Shown here: piece after piece, positions 18,482-27,737 of the stretch
How the letters are laid out: each line of letters opens with the position of its first letter
Numbering within the stretch: position 1 is the first letter of the stretch
IMG/VR virus record: IMGVR_UViG_3300031519_000078
Location: 1-37,670 of that record
Direction: 5' to 3' (one strand)
Length of the DNA: 37,670 nt
Origin: a virus
Taxonomy: Duplodnaviria; Caudoviricetes
The notes under the pieces: model-generated
What the model was told of the DNA's origin: nothing
Database searches by the model: none
The model's input: only the letters and a program-made list of their open reading frames with translations
Position numbers and translations under genes: made by a program

Positions 18482-18805
18482 TCAACTACCTATAAATCGC
18501 CACTTCATTTTATGCCTGTTTTCAGAGGCATAACAAAAAGCTTCATTTGTACAGTGTCCGTCTTGTTCAATATCCTGTTCTGCTAAATGAGCCATCAAAT
18601 CTTGCTGTAAATCCCATATTGCTTGAGCCAGGTAATCCCACTCTAGGGTGGCCATGTGATTGGCCATCATTTGCAGAGCTGTTAGCACTTCTAATAATTC
18701 TCCTTTAGCTCCCTCAATAATGGCCGCTTCTTTAATTGAATCATTTAAGTCGGTTTGTGATGCATTCAAGCGCTCTTTAAGTTTTAAATACTTTTCATTA
18801 CTCAT
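18482..18805 (-). CDS. Hypothetical protein
   Basis: ORF in the leftward operon. Confidence 0.6.
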   Translation of the reverse strand: MSNEKYLKLKERLNASQTDLNDSIKEAAIIEGAKGELLEVLTALQMMANHMATLEWDYLAQAIWDLQQDLMAHLAEQDIEQDGHCTNEAFCYASENRHKMKWRFIGS

Positions 18806-18836
18806 AAATAAATCCCTATATGCTTTTGCCTGTCGG

Positions 18837-19157
18837 TTATTGACTTGAAACTATTTTATAAATACCCCAATCTTTGGCATTGATTGGCCTACCATCAGAT
18901 GAGGTGTGCTTTACTTTTGGAACTATTCCAAGAACAGACACCCCATAAGGGGCCAGCTTTGGGTTTATGTTGTTTTTTATAACTGCAGATACATTGCTGC
19001 ATCCGCAATCAACAGTGACATCTAAAGATGTAGCGGTCTTTTTTTCCGCTAAGTATTCAAGTATGCGCCCTCCTTGTGAGCCTTCCTTGAATTGCCCTAG
19101 AATTTGTTTCATGGCCGCTTTTGTTAGCTTTGCTTTCTTTAATCTTTGGTTGTTCAT
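18837..19157 (-). CDS. Hypothetical protein, possible winged HTH
   Basis: RILEYL...ATS.DV...CG.SNVS. Confidence 0.5.
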   Translation of the reverse strand: MNNQRLKKAKLTKAAMKQILGQFKEGSQGGRILEYLAEKKTATSLDVTVDCGCSNVSAVIKNNINPKLAPYGVSVLGIVPKVKHTSSDGRPINAKDWGIYKIVSSQ

Positions 19158-19182
19158 GTTTCTTTAGTCCTATATTAAAATA

Positions 19183-19416
19183 TTAATTTAATTTAAACAA
19201 TCTACGGCCTTTAGCAATCTCGATTGTGTAGCTATGGCCATAATTCCGCTCATACTCGCGAGACATTTGATAGTGTATATCTATTAACTGCAATCGGTGC
19301 CGCTCAATCTGTGATGAATGCGCGCGCTCAACTTCAAATTGTAAGCGTTTAAGAGAGACAGAAGCGTCATACACTGCTTTTATACTCTTTGCTACTGCTT
19401 GCCTGCAGTGTTCCAT
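19183..19416 (-). CDS. Hypothetical protein
   Basis: RBS AAGGAG upstream. Confidence 0.55.
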   Translation of the reverse strand: MEHCRQAVAKSIKAVYDASVSLKRLQFEVERAHSSQIERHRLQLIDIHYQMSREYERNYGHSYTIEIAKGRRLFKLN

Positions 19417-19476
19417 GTTTGGCGTGCTCCTTGAATATAGGCAGGCTGTTAACCTGCCTATGGGCTTGAGGTTGAT

Positions 19477-19881
19477 CTATTCGGTTGCTGGGGTGTAGGG
19501 TTGAATGCGGCGACTGTCTACATGAGTTTCTGAGAATCGCCCATCGTCTCGTATTGAACCTAATTTAATATCTAGCGGCTCCCTGAAATAAGACGACCCG
19601 GGTTCTTCATCTGCATCAACTATTGGTTTATCAAGTACCTCTGTTACAACAAATGGACCCTTGATAGTTTTATTGGTTAGGTTTGTTTTCCAATCCACAA
19701 TATCACCAGGAACGAAGGTGTTTGACTCATTCATGGAATTAAACATCTGTTTACTTATTAAAGCCCTCTCATCATTAGTGAAGTTTTCCGGCTCTTCATT
19801 TTTCAAGCGAGACTCTAGTGCTTGGAAAAATCCAAGCAGCGACTCTTTATCTTCTTTTGAAATTTCAATTGATTCACTCAT
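19477..19881 (-). CDS. Hypothetical protein
   Basis: RBS GGAG; SH3-like FVPGDIVDW segment. Confidence 0.6.
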   Translation of the reverse strand: MSESIEISKEDKESLLGFFQALESRLKNEEPENFTNDERALISKQMFNSMNESNTFVPGDIVDWKTNLTNKTIKGPFVVTEVLDKPIVDADEEPGSSYFREPLDIKLGSIRDDGRFSETHVDSRRIQPYTPATE

Positions 19882-19892
19882 TGCAATTCTCC

Positions 19893-19928
19893 AAATTATA
19901 ATAAATTATAATAAATTATAATAAATTA
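19893..19928. repeat. AT-only tandem repeat (AAATTATAAT)x3.5
   Basis: Read directly from the sequence. Confidence 0.9.
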
Positions 19929-19932
19929 AAAA

Positions 19933-20433
19933 CTATCTAATATCTAAACGTTCAGAGCGCTCAAGCTTAGCGCCTGGTACCTTCATGCCTGCTTTTAAAT
20001 CCTCCTTTAGTTTCGCCTTGTTTAACTTCCTAACTCTTTCAAAACTCACATAATGCTCATCAATATCTGACTCATCATGTACGAGTAATTTTAATGGGTT
20101 CTTTCTTACTGACAAATTAAAATAATGCGCTTCAATCTTTTGTATCTTTGCGCGTTGCATATTGTGCATTATGTAGTATTTAACTTGCGCCACTTGATCG
20201 AGTATCTTACGCCTTCGGTAAAGCATTTTTTGCGCCTTCTCATCAATGGCGTCAGCAGTCGCCTGTAGGTTGCACGCATATTTTCCAAGCTCTATACATG
20301 CGGCCTCAACTTCAACTTGCATAGAGTCTAGGATGCTGCTTACAACGTCCGGCTTGATATCATCGAGTTCAAGTAGTGCCTTTAGTTCAGCTTCGGCTTG
20401 CCGGTAGTTTTCTGATAGTTCATATAAATTCAT
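19933..20433 (-). CDS. Siphovirus Gp157-family protein
   Basis: MNLYEL, SVRKNP and LK.G..VPGA.L motifs. Confidence 0.85.
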   Translation of the reverse strand: MNLYELSENYRQAEAELKALLELDDIKPDVVSSILDSMQVEVEAACIELGKYACNLQATADAIDEKAQKMLYRRRKILDQVAQVKYYIMHNMQRAKIQKIEAHYFNLSVRKNPLKLLVHDESDIDEHYVSFERVRKLNKAKLKEDLKAGMKVPGAKLERSERLDIR

Positions 20434-20445
20434 AAACCGTTATCC

Positions 20446-21015
20446 TTAAAAAGGCATGTCGTCATCATAGGCTTCGGCGGGTGGGTGTTGTCGGGTACCG
20501 GTTCCATTTTGATTGCTTGCTGGCTGGCGTGGCCTTGCTTTTTTATCAACAAGATTAGAGACGATCAAATCAATCTTTGCAGCCGGTCTACTCTCAATTA
20601 ATTCAGCAGCGGTTTGTTTTGTGTCAGCCGTGAAGGGTGCAACAATATTCATTTTATAACCTGCACTTCCATCTTTTTTAATGTAGTCCTCTCGTTGCAG
20701 AACCAAGCCGATAGGCTGGCAGAGTTGCGACCAAGTGTCGATTGATCTCTGACGCGTACAGGCTAGGAGCGCGTGAATCTGATTAATCCCTGGCGCTTCC
20801 GTGCCGTCTCTCTTCTTTGTGTAGATGTTTATAAAGCGTGCTTGTGCTCCATCCGAACGCTCAAACGTTAGTTCTATGCCTGCCGCTTGGCTGTTAGTGC
20901 TTTGCAATGGCTTGCATTCAACGATCTTGCCAGCATAGGCACCACTTTCACTAATACCGCCACTTCCAACTTCAGAGCCATTCACGGCCATTTCTTTATT
21001 CAAACTAACTAACAT
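20446..21015 (-). CDS. SSB-like protein (DUF669-type)
   Basis: Acidic C-terminal DDDMPF; follows the Sak4-like gene. Confidence 0.7.
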   Translation of the reverse strand: MLVSLNKEMAVNGSEVGSGGISESGAYAGKIVECKPLQSTNSQAAGIELTFERSDGAQARFINIYTKKRDGTEAPGINQIHALLACTRQRSIDTWSQLCQPIGLVLQREDYIKKDGSAGYKMNIVAPFTADTKQTAAELIESRPAAKIDLIVSNLVDKKARPRQPASNQNGTGTRQHPPAEAYDDDMPF

Positions 21016-21642
21016 CTAAATTACTCCTATCTCGTAGTATTGACATATTATGTCATCTATTGCATTTAAATCGTTTTCAATCTGAGTTGATGAGAACAGA
21101 CCCATCGGTGATTTAACCGTGTCGTTCCCATTGTTTTGAGTGCTGAACGTGTAACTATTGTTTTCCACGTGGGTGCGTAGAACGATCGTAAATAGCCCTT
21201 CGAGCGTTATCTTTTCGTCTAACATCTTGCCTATTGTTTTGCATTTTATTTTACCCATCTCACCGGTTTCGGTGTGAGAAAGGAAGTAAACGCGTAGGTT
21301 TTTGGGCGCGTTTATTGCGGACTTGATAACTTGATAAGCGTGTAAGCAGATTTCAGTGAATTTTTGAAAACCAGTCTCAGTAGCTCGGTTCATAAATTCA
21401 TCGGCCATTAAGTATTGAAAATCATCAATAATAATAATCTCTTTGCCAAGACTTTCAGACTTAGCAATAGCTGAACAGATTCTACGCCAATCACTAACTA
21501 CGTATGGCTTCCAGCCACTACAGCGGAAGGGGAGGGGCTTTTGTACCAGCTGTAACAGCATTGTTTTTGATGGGTTCATGTTGCGCATAGCTGCGCTCTT
21601 ACCCGTTCCTGATTCGCCCAGTATGAGCGTTGCGACTGCCAT
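21016..21642 (-). CDS. Sak4-like AAA ATPase / single-strand annealing protein
   Basis: GESGTGKS, IIIDDFQY, KTIGKMLD and KSPMG motifs. Confidence 0.85.
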   Translation of the reverse strand: MAVATLILGESGTGKSAAMRNMNPSKTMLLQLVQKPLPFRCSGWKPYVVSDWRRICSAIAKSESLGKEIIIIDDFQYLMADEFMNRATETGFQKFTEICLHAYQVIKSAINAPKNLRVYFLSHTETGEMGKIKCKTIGKMLDEKITLEGLFTIVLRTHVENNSYTFSTQNNGNDTVKSPMGLFSSTQIENDLNAIDDIICQYYEIGVI

Positions 21643-21840
21643 CTATGGCATTGCCGCATCAAGCGCTAGGTCAATCAGGGGGAGTACTACAATAAGCATC
21701 AATATACCCACCTTTATATCCGTGTAAATCTCTTTGTTAGCTCTCAATTTGTTACACCTCTTTGATTTTTAAATCCCTGTAATGCACGACAAAAGAAAAT
21801 AAAAGCGCAGCAAGCTAGGCACGCACCACCAATAAAAAAA

Positions 21841-22104
21841 TCAATGATCGTTCGTAGCGTTAAGCGCAAGCAATAGTTGATCTTCATCGTTTAGCGCCCC
21901 TGTTTGAATCATCTCTACGGCCTTGGCTACAGCTTCATATTGATTTTTGGAACTTGGATACAGAACAGCTCTGGAAATAGCGGTTATGAATTCATCACTT
22001 TCAGACAGATAACGCGCCACATCATTAGGCTCCATATCTGTTATATATTCGGATAGTTGTGCCCTATTCATTGTTCGCACTCCATTGCGTTGTAGTACAA
22101 CCAT
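21841..22104 (-). CDS. Hypothetical protein, first gene of the PL operon
   Basis: ORF downstream of PL; true start probably later (MNRAQ). Confidence 0.55.
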   Translation of the reverse strand: MVVLQRNGVRTMNRAQLSEYITDMEPNDVARYLSESDEFITAISRAVLYPSSKNQYEAVAKAVEMIQTGALNDEDQLLLALNATNDH

Positions 22105-22144
22105 AATAACTATCGTTATTTATTGAGTCAATAACATTAGTTAT
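22103..22144 (-). promoter_or_regulatory. PL-like promoter with two operators
   Basis: TTGACT-17 bp-TATTAT; ATAAC-N4-GTTAT at 22106-19 and 22131-44. Confidence 0.75.
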
Positions 22145-22278
22145 TTATTTTGAAAATAATTATTTAATTTTTTCTAGGCGATAGGGTGGCCTGTTTAGGG
22201 TAGGTTTTTGTTAAATTATGCGGGTATTCTACTGGTTAATGTTTGGCCGTTTACTTTTTGGGATTGAATTTTAGGCAC

Positions 22279-22308
22279 AAAAAAACCAGCGTAGAAGCTG
22301 GTTTTTTT
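22279..22308. terminator. Terminator downstream of cI
   Basis: A7-CCAGC-GTAGAA-GCTGG-T7. Confidence 0.8.
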
Positions 22309-22324
22309 GTTATCGGTTATCCTT

Positions 22325-22981
22325 TTATAGGCCGTCTCTATAGCTGCCTATTTTTACACCAATAATTTCATTCATGTCAGCGCTAACTCGGCACTTTTTA
22401 ACGTTATCTAGTGATGCACAGGAATAGGCACCATCTAGCTCCATGCTAAGCCTTCCTACCATCTTATATTTATGGCCTTTAACTAACACAAAATTACCAG
22501 GCAATGGCGGCCTAACAGTATCAATTAATAGATGTTCATTAGTAATTAATTCAGGATAATTGGAATTATCATTTATTTGATAATAAAAGCAGTACTCGTT
22601 GTTTTTACAGCTAATTAGCACAGGTAATTCCCTCAACCTTTTTCTATTTTCCACATGCGCTTTTAGCGCCTCCTTGTAGTTCGATAGTTGAGAATAGTCT
22701 AAGATTGGCACTGTCTCCAGTTTATTTGTTATATAGCCATATGCTGCTTTATTCTCCTGGCTACTGATGTATTTCACACCCTCACCATTTAATAGCCAAT
22801 TGACATTAACACCTAGAAATTTAGCAATCTTTGAGGCGTACGCGCTACTTTCGGCGGCATTCTTTTCGAGCTTGTAAATGGCAGGCTGTGAACAGCCTAC
22901 GGCTTCAGCTAGGACCGCTTGTGATATCTTTTGTTCATTACGCTCAAGTTTGAGTCTTTCACCAAATTTCATAGCTATCAT
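22325..22981 (-). CDS. cI: CI-like repressor (XRE HTH plus degenerate S24-like domain)
   Basis: SQAVLAEAVGCSQPAIYKLE HTH; divergent from cro; start possibly 22972, leaderless. Confidence 0.9.
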   Translation of the reverse strand: MIAMKFGERLKLERNEQKISQAVLAEAVGCSQPAIYKLEKNAAESSAYASKIAKFLGVNVNWLLNGEGVKYISSQENKAAYGYITNKLETVPILDYSQLSNYKEALKAHVENRKRLRELPVLISCKNNEYCFYYQINDNSNYPELITNEHLLIDTVRPPLPGNFVLVKGHKYKMVGRLSMELDGAYSCASLDNVKKCRVSADMNEIIGVKIGSYRDGL

Positions 22982-22984
22982 ATT

Positions 22985-23049
22985 ATTACTCTAGTTATAA
23001 AAATCAAACAATAAAAGTTGTTGCATATAATAACTATAGTTATTATAGT
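22985..23049. promoter_or_regulatory. OR/PR region
   Basis: Operators ATTACTCTAGTTAT (22985-98) and ATAACTATAGTTAT (23030-43); PR TTGCAT-17 bp-TATAGT. Confidence 0.75.
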
Positions 23050-23056
23050 AACTCTT

Positions 23057-23263
23057 ATGGACAAAAATTACCTTAAAAAAGCGATCAAAATTCTGGGCAG
23101 TCAACAAGCGTTGGCTGATGCGGTGGGTGTCAGTCAACCGGCTGTCTACAAATGGACACAACAGCACAATCCTATCCCGTTAGAGCGAGCTTTTCAAATA
23201 GAGCGAGCAACGCGGGGCGCGGTAACTGCCAAACAGTTAAGACCTGATTTTTTCGATCCCTGA
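23057..23263 (+). CDS. cro: Cro/YdaS-like repressor
   Basis: GSQQALADAVGVSQPAVYKW...IERAT.G.VT...LRPD. Confidence 0.9.
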   Translation: MDKNYLKKAIKILGSQQALADAVGVSQPAVYKWTQQHNPIPLERAFQIERATRGAVTAKQLRPDFFDP

Positions 23264-23358
23264 TTATACACCTATCTTATTAATCAATTAAAAAGATTAG
23301 GCCGACTGATTAAACATAAATTAACCGGTTGACCTAATCAAAAAATGACCGATCAGTA

Positions 23359-23577
23359 TTGATCGCTTATTCAGCAAGTGGGGAAAATATGGATTGTGAG
23401 CAATGCAGCAGAGAGCTGCCGGAGCGGCTTAGAGCGCTTGGGCGCGTTACGTGCTGCGATGATTGCAGCAGTGACTATATAGCCGAGTGTGAGCGATTAG
23501 CGCGGATAGAGATCGAGCGTAAAGACAGAGCACTAAAAAAACTATTTAGCGTTAACAAAGAGAGAGAGAGCAATTGA
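23359..23577 (+). CDS. Small Zn-finger protein (TraR/DksA C4-like)
   Basis: CEQC..ELPE.R.RALG..TCC.DC; start probably at MDCEQC. Confidence 0.5.
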   Translation: MIAYSASGENMDCEQCSRELPERLRALGRVTCCDDCSSDYIAECERLARIEIERKDRALKKLFSVNKERESN

Positions 23578-24113
23578 TAAATTGTAAAGTTGACTTGATC
23601 GGTGAGATGGGTGATACTTTTTGGGCGTTGGCAAAATCCAGCGTTCGGACTGGACCTCCGCAACTTCGAAGGCGCACAAGTCGCCATAGCTTTAGTCAGC
23701 GGCTTTTTTTGTGCGCGTTATCCCTTGTTATGGTGAGGGGAGAGGGCAGCGCTTGCGCTGGCCGTATCCTTCGAAGCGGTAGGTCCAACCCGATTCCCTC
23801 GCCACCTTTAGATTGGACCCTTTGCGTGGCGAGAAAACCGCCACATTCGAAGGTAACAATCATGAATATCCTATCTGCAATAGTGCGCGGCTCCTGCTCG
23901 CCTACGTTTTTACTTTCCAAATCTGATCAATCCAATCATTCAGCATCAAGCCTATTCCATCATGCGGCGCTTTGGCCGTTCTCGTTTTCAGAGCGTGGGC
24001 GTATTTTGGAAGCGTTTGCAAATCTCGATAAAAACGAATCAATCATAATTCGGTCTACAAATGGTCTTATAACGTGGGGTGTTATTTCATCTCTCGATAT
24101 GGAGGTGGCTTAG
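23574..24113 (+). CDS. Ash-family ORF, with an internal icd-position start at 23862
   Basis: AKS...RLFLCA...MV...G..NP pattern typical of ash ORFs that overlap c4 RNAs. Confidence 0.6.
   Translation: MINCKVDLIGEMGDTFWALAKSSVRTGPPQLRRRTSRHSFSQRLFLCALSLVMVRGEGSACAGRILRSGRSNPIPSPPLDWTLCVARKPPHSKVTIMNILSAIVRGSCSPTFLLSKSDQSNHSASSLFHHAALWPFSFSERGRILEAFANLDKNESIIIRSTNGLITWGVISSLDMEVA
23590..23618 (+). promoter_or_regulatory. Promoter of the c4/ash module
   Basis: TTGACT-17 bp-GATACT. Confidence 0.65.
23731..23804 (+). ncRNA. C4/CI-like antisense RNA
   Basis: Closing stem TGGTGAGGG/CCCTCGCCA; internal CCTTCGAA and GGTCCAA complementary to flanking TTCGAAGG and TGGACC targets. Confidence 0.75.
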
Positions 24114-24114
24114 C

Positions 24115-24978
24115 ATGCCTAGAATCAGAACAGTTAAGCCAGAATTTTTTCAACACTATGAATTGTACAAGGCCGAGGAAGAAAGCGGCTTACCGTTGCG
24201 TGTCGCGTTTAGCGGATTGTGGACGCAATCTGATCGAGAAGGACGATTCAAGTGGAGACCAGAACAGCTAAAACTTGGTTGCTTACCGTACGACAACGTG
24301 GACTTTTCACGCGTGCTCCACGCGTTAACCACGCGTGGTTTCATAGTAAAGTACGCCGTCGGTGACGCGTGGTTTGGTGTGATTCCTAGTTTTAGAATGC
24401 ATCAAGTCATAAACAACAGAGAGTCAGAGTCAAAACTACCAGCACCAGAGCAAGGCCATATTGAACAGCCTAGTAATGGCGGGGGCTTAGAGCATGATTC
24501 TGATTATGAGATAGACAAAAATCCACGCGTGGACCACGCGTGCCCCACGCGGCTTAAGCATGCACAAGGGGAAGGGAAAGGAAGGGAAGGGAAGGGAAAG
24601 GAAGGAGAGAGAGTGTCATCGGAGGATGACGCGCCAGCGCTGGAAGAACATGATGAACAAAAAACAGTCAACAAGAAAACTGACACTGTACCGTACCAAA
24701 AAATAGTTGATCTTTTCTTAACCAGGCTTCCAGAGCTGCCAGCAATCAAAAAACTATCAGTGGCTAGGCAACGGAAGATAAAAAATATTTGGAAATCTGA
24801 CCCAAAGTTTCAGAGTGTAGAGTTTTGGGGTGGTTACTTCGATCATATTAGACACTCTGACTTTTTAATGGGGAGATCAAAAGACTTTCAAGCAAGTTTT
24901 GATTTTTTGATTGATGGCGCAAAGTTTTTAAAAATCATTGAAGGCAATTATCACGGAACAAAAGGACAACCATCATGA
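24115..24978 (+). CDS. Replication initiator protein
   Basis: MPRIRTVKPEFF start after GGAGG; C-terminal SFDFLI...KIIEGNY; lies upstream of dnaB. Confidence 0.85.
   Translation: MPRIRTVKPEFFQHYELYKAEEESGLPLRVAFSGLWTQSDREGRFKWRPEQLKLGCLPYDNVDFSRVLHALTTRGFIVKYAVGDAWFGVIPSFRMHQVINNRESESKLPAPEQGHIEQPSNGGGLEHDSDYEIDKNPRVDHACPTRLKHAQGEGKGREGKGKEGERVSSEDDAPALEEHDEQKTVNKKTDTVPYQKIVDLFLTRLPELPAIKKLSVARQRKIKNIWKSDPKFQSVEFWGGYFDHIRHSDFLMGRSKDFQASFDFLIDGAKFLKIIEGNYHGTKGQPS
24308..24552. repeat. Iteron clusters (putative origin)
   Basis: CACGCG at 24308/24319/24330 and 24524/24535/24546, spaced 11 bp apart. Confidence 0.7.
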
Positions 24979-26309
24979 AATTATTCAGCGAAACAGCAGA
25001 GCGCGGCGTACTCTCGGCAATTGTGCGGGGGATCTCATCGATCGAGGAGCTAGTTGATTATTGCGAGATAAGCGATTTTGTTAACAACAAGATTAAATCA
25101 GCATTGCACACAGCGGAAGAATTAAGCGGTCAAGGCGTTGAGGTTAATTTAACAACAATGGCCGCTAGGCTTGAAGAATGTTTTACTAATGGGGATTGGG
25201 TGCGATTCTTGGGTGCAGCTGCGAAAGACTCAATAACACCACTTGCGCCATGCGCGCAAAAAGTGCGGGAATTATCAGACCGTAGGAGGCTTTGTGAAGC
25301 AGCTCAAGACGTATTGATGATTTGCAGTGACCCAAACATTAACATTGATGAGCAAGTGGATAGGGCTCAATCTAGAGTGCTGGGAGCGGTTGAGCGCAAG
25401 ACCGATAACCTGAAGGACGCCAAGCAGCAAATTAAATCCGTGATAGATCAAATAGAATTACGTGTTAATTCAAAAGGGTTTTATGGATTACATACTGGCT
25501 GGGATGATTTAAGCGATAGCTTGGGTGGCTTGCTGCCTGGTGAGCTGGTTACGGTGGCGGCGCGCCCTGGCATGGGAAAAACCAACTTAGCGTTAAACGT
25601 TTTTGCTAGTGTTGTGGGTGGTGGCGGTTCGGCGTTGTTTGTTTCTATGGAAATGGGTGCGGAAGAGCTAGGCGCTAGGATTTTATCGAATTGGGCCGAT
25701 ATTGAATATTCAAAATTCCACACAGGTGATCTTGATGGACACGATTGGACAAGGTTCACAGATACAGTTAAGAAAAAATATCATGAAGCTAAATCATTAA
25801 TTGATGATTCCAGTACTCAAACTATTGGAAGCATCAGAGCAACGGCTAGACGTATCAAACAGCGTGAAGGTTTGGACTTAATTGTTGTGGACCATATCGG
25901 CTTAATAGATCAAGACGGCGAAAGCGATACATCAAAAATATCAAAAATATCCAGAGAGCTAAAACGACTTGCAAAAGACATGAACTGTCCTGTCATGATG
26001 TTATCTCAACTGAATAGATCGGTGGAACAGCGCAATAACAGGCGGCCAATGCTTAGCGACTTGAGGCAATCAGGATCTATTGAACAGGATTCTGATGCAG
26101 TACTGCTACTGTATCGGGATGAGTATTACAACGAGCAGAGCGCTAATCGAGGGATTGGTGAAATAAATATTGCGAAAAATCGAAAAGGTACAACGGGAAC
26201 TGTTTTGTTGGGTACGCAATTTGATTACTGTCGATTTGTCGAAACTGACAGAGTTGTTCAAGAAGCGGTTGAATCAATCGCTAATAAATCTAGGGCAATG
26301 AATTACTAA
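24975..26309 (+). CDS. dnaB: DnaB-like replicative helicase
   Basis: AARPGMGKT, SMEM, LSQLNR, DLRQSGSIEQDSD and AKNR motifs. Confidence 0.97.
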   Translation: MKLFSETAERGVLSAIVRGISSIEELVDYCEISDFVNNKIKSALHTAEELSGQGVEVNLTTMAARLEECFTNGDWVRFLGAAAKDSITPLAPCAQKVRELSDRRRLCEAAQDVLMICSDPNINIDEQVDRAQSRVLGAVERKTDNLKDAKQQIKSVIDQIELRVNSKGFYGLHTGWDDLSDSLGGLLPGELVTVAARPGMGKTNLALNVFASVVGGGGSALFVSMEMGAEELGARILSNWADIEYSKFHTGDLDGHDWTRFTDTVKKKYHEAKSLIDDSSTQTIGSIRATARRIKQREGLDLIVVDHIGLIDQDGESDTSKISKISRELKRLAKDMNCPVMMLSQLNRSVEQRNNRRPMLSDLRQSGSIEQDSDAVLLLYRDEYYNEQSANRGIGEINIAKNRKGTTGTVLLGTQFDYCRFVETDRVVQEAVESIANKSRAMNY

Positions 26310-26346
26310 CCAGCTGTTACGCTGAAAATACAGGAGGTGTTAGTTT

Positions 26347-26562
26347 ATGAATTGGGAAAGTAGGGCAAAGAGTAACGAGCTACTGCTTGAGGCCGCGTTG
26401 ATAGAACTTGAGCGGATCGTGGACGGTGGGAAGCCATGTAGGCGGTTTATATCTCAATGCTGGAAAATGCACGTTGACAATGTTCACGTCTGCGATGATT
26501 CAGAAACTAACTACCATCCGCAACATTCAACGGGGGCACAATGTTTGAATTTAATAAATTAA
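26347..26562 (+). CDS. Hypothetical protein
   Basis: RBS AGGAGG upstream. Confidence 0.55.
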   Translation: MNWESRAKSNELLLEAALIELERIVDGGKPCRRFISQCWKMHVDNVHVCDDSETNYHPQHSTGAQCLNLIN

Positions 26563-26963
26563 TTAAATGCGTCTCAACATCTTTCTTGTTAACATCTTTT
26601 GCACACGCTGAGCTTACTAGTGTGCTGAGCTGGGAGCGGCCAACGGAACGGGAAAACGGGACGGAGTTGACCAAAGAGTCAATAAATCATTACAACGTGT
26701 ACTTTGAGCCAAATTCTGGTGGTGAGGTTCAGTTGCTCGGAGAGGCGGCACCTGGCACGCTCAGAATGCCGCTTAATTTGAGCGTGGAGGGGTGTTTGAG
26801 GCTCACGACTGTAACGGTGAGGGGTTACGAATCAGAGCCCTCTGAGGCCGTCTGTGTGGATTTTGGAGAGGTGGCTAAAAAAGCATCTATTAAGGTTGAA
26901 ATCAAGTGGATAGTAGAAGGTAAAGGTGTAGATAGGCTGGAAGTCAAAGAGAGGGTTAATTAA
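26541..26963 (+). CDS. Secreted FN3-like protein
   Basis: Signal peptide (..FAHA|E); LSWERPTERENG...Y.VY motif. Confidence 0.55.
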   Translation: MFEFNKLIKCVSTSFLLTSFAHAELTSVLSWERPTERENGTELTKESINHYNVYFEPNSGGEVQLLGEAAPGTLRMPLNLSVEGCLRLTTVTVRGYESEPSEAVCVDFGEVAKKASIKVEIKWIVEGKGVDRLEVKERVN

Positions 26964-27436
26964 TGAAGTTTGAAGAATTTGTAGAGAAGGTTGAGCGGTG
27001 GTCGTTGGTGCGCAAGATTTACGAAAATTCAACAGAGGCGCAACAGCAAGCAAAGATTTTAAAAAAGGTTGGCGAGTATATAGTAAGACTTGACAGAAAT
27101 TCAAGAGAAAAGTCTTTAGGGCTTATTTCTGTCGGCATTGTTAATGCTGCGCATTTATTCAATTCTGGTCGGTTAACTGTAACGCTTGGAGGCTACTGGT
27201 ATTTAGGTGACGTAATCAGCCCAGCATTAAAACAGAATTATGATTGCTCTATAAGCCGATTAGCGCAGTTTGCACAAGATAACGGTTATGATTTTAATGA
27301 GTGTTTAAAAAGCGCCTGGATGTCAATTGCAGACATTAGAGGCTTGTTTATAGATGGGCGGCTTGTTAGATGGGATGAGTTAAAGCTTGGTGATCGATGG
27401 GAGTTCATGGAAAGAGAAAGTAAATTTTTAAATTAA
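26963..27436 (+). CDS. Degenerate MazG-like protein
   Basis: VERWSLVR.I...Q..K...VGE and CL..AW..I...RG..IDG..V framework. Confidence 0.6.
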   Translation: MKFEEFVEKVERWSLVRKIYENSTEAQQQAKILKKVGEYIVRLDRNSREKSLGLISVGIVNAAHLFNSGRLTVTLGGYWYLGDVISPALKQNYDCSISRLAQFAQDNGYDFNECLKSAWMSIADIRGLFIDGRLVRWDELKLGDRWEFMERESKFLN

Positions 27437-27717
27437 TGGTTTTAGATTTAGAGGTGTTTTATATTATGGGTATAATAATTTTATCGGTTGGCATGGTTGC
27501 GGTTGCCTTGATTCTTGGCTTTGCTCTGTGCTTAGCAAATGATAGCGAGCTTTCGTTAGCTGACTTTTTGCCTGTTAAGGCGAAAGTAAGAGTTGAAGAA
27601 ATTGACCATATTCACGAAGCTCTTGATGATATTAAAATATTCATGGCTTCAACTACAGAAGAAATACGCGCGCTTAGAAAAGCGAACCAACCAAGCAGAA
27701 CATTAGGATCTATTTAA
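27436..27717 (+). CDS. Single-TM membrane protein
   Basis: Hydrophobic N-terminus. Confidence 0.55.
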   Translation: MVLDLEVFYIMGIIILSVGMVAVALILGFALCLANDSELSLADFLPVKAKVRVEEIDHIHEALDDIKIFMASTTEEIRALRKANQPSRTLGSI

Positions 27718-27737
27718 ACACTCAAGGAGTATTAAAC

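Noticed and set aside
19437-19461. Hairpin ATAGGCAGG-N7-CCTGCCTAT resembling part of an I-F repeat
   Set aside because: Arm order and loop length are wrong for Cas6f; an ordinary intergenic hairpin
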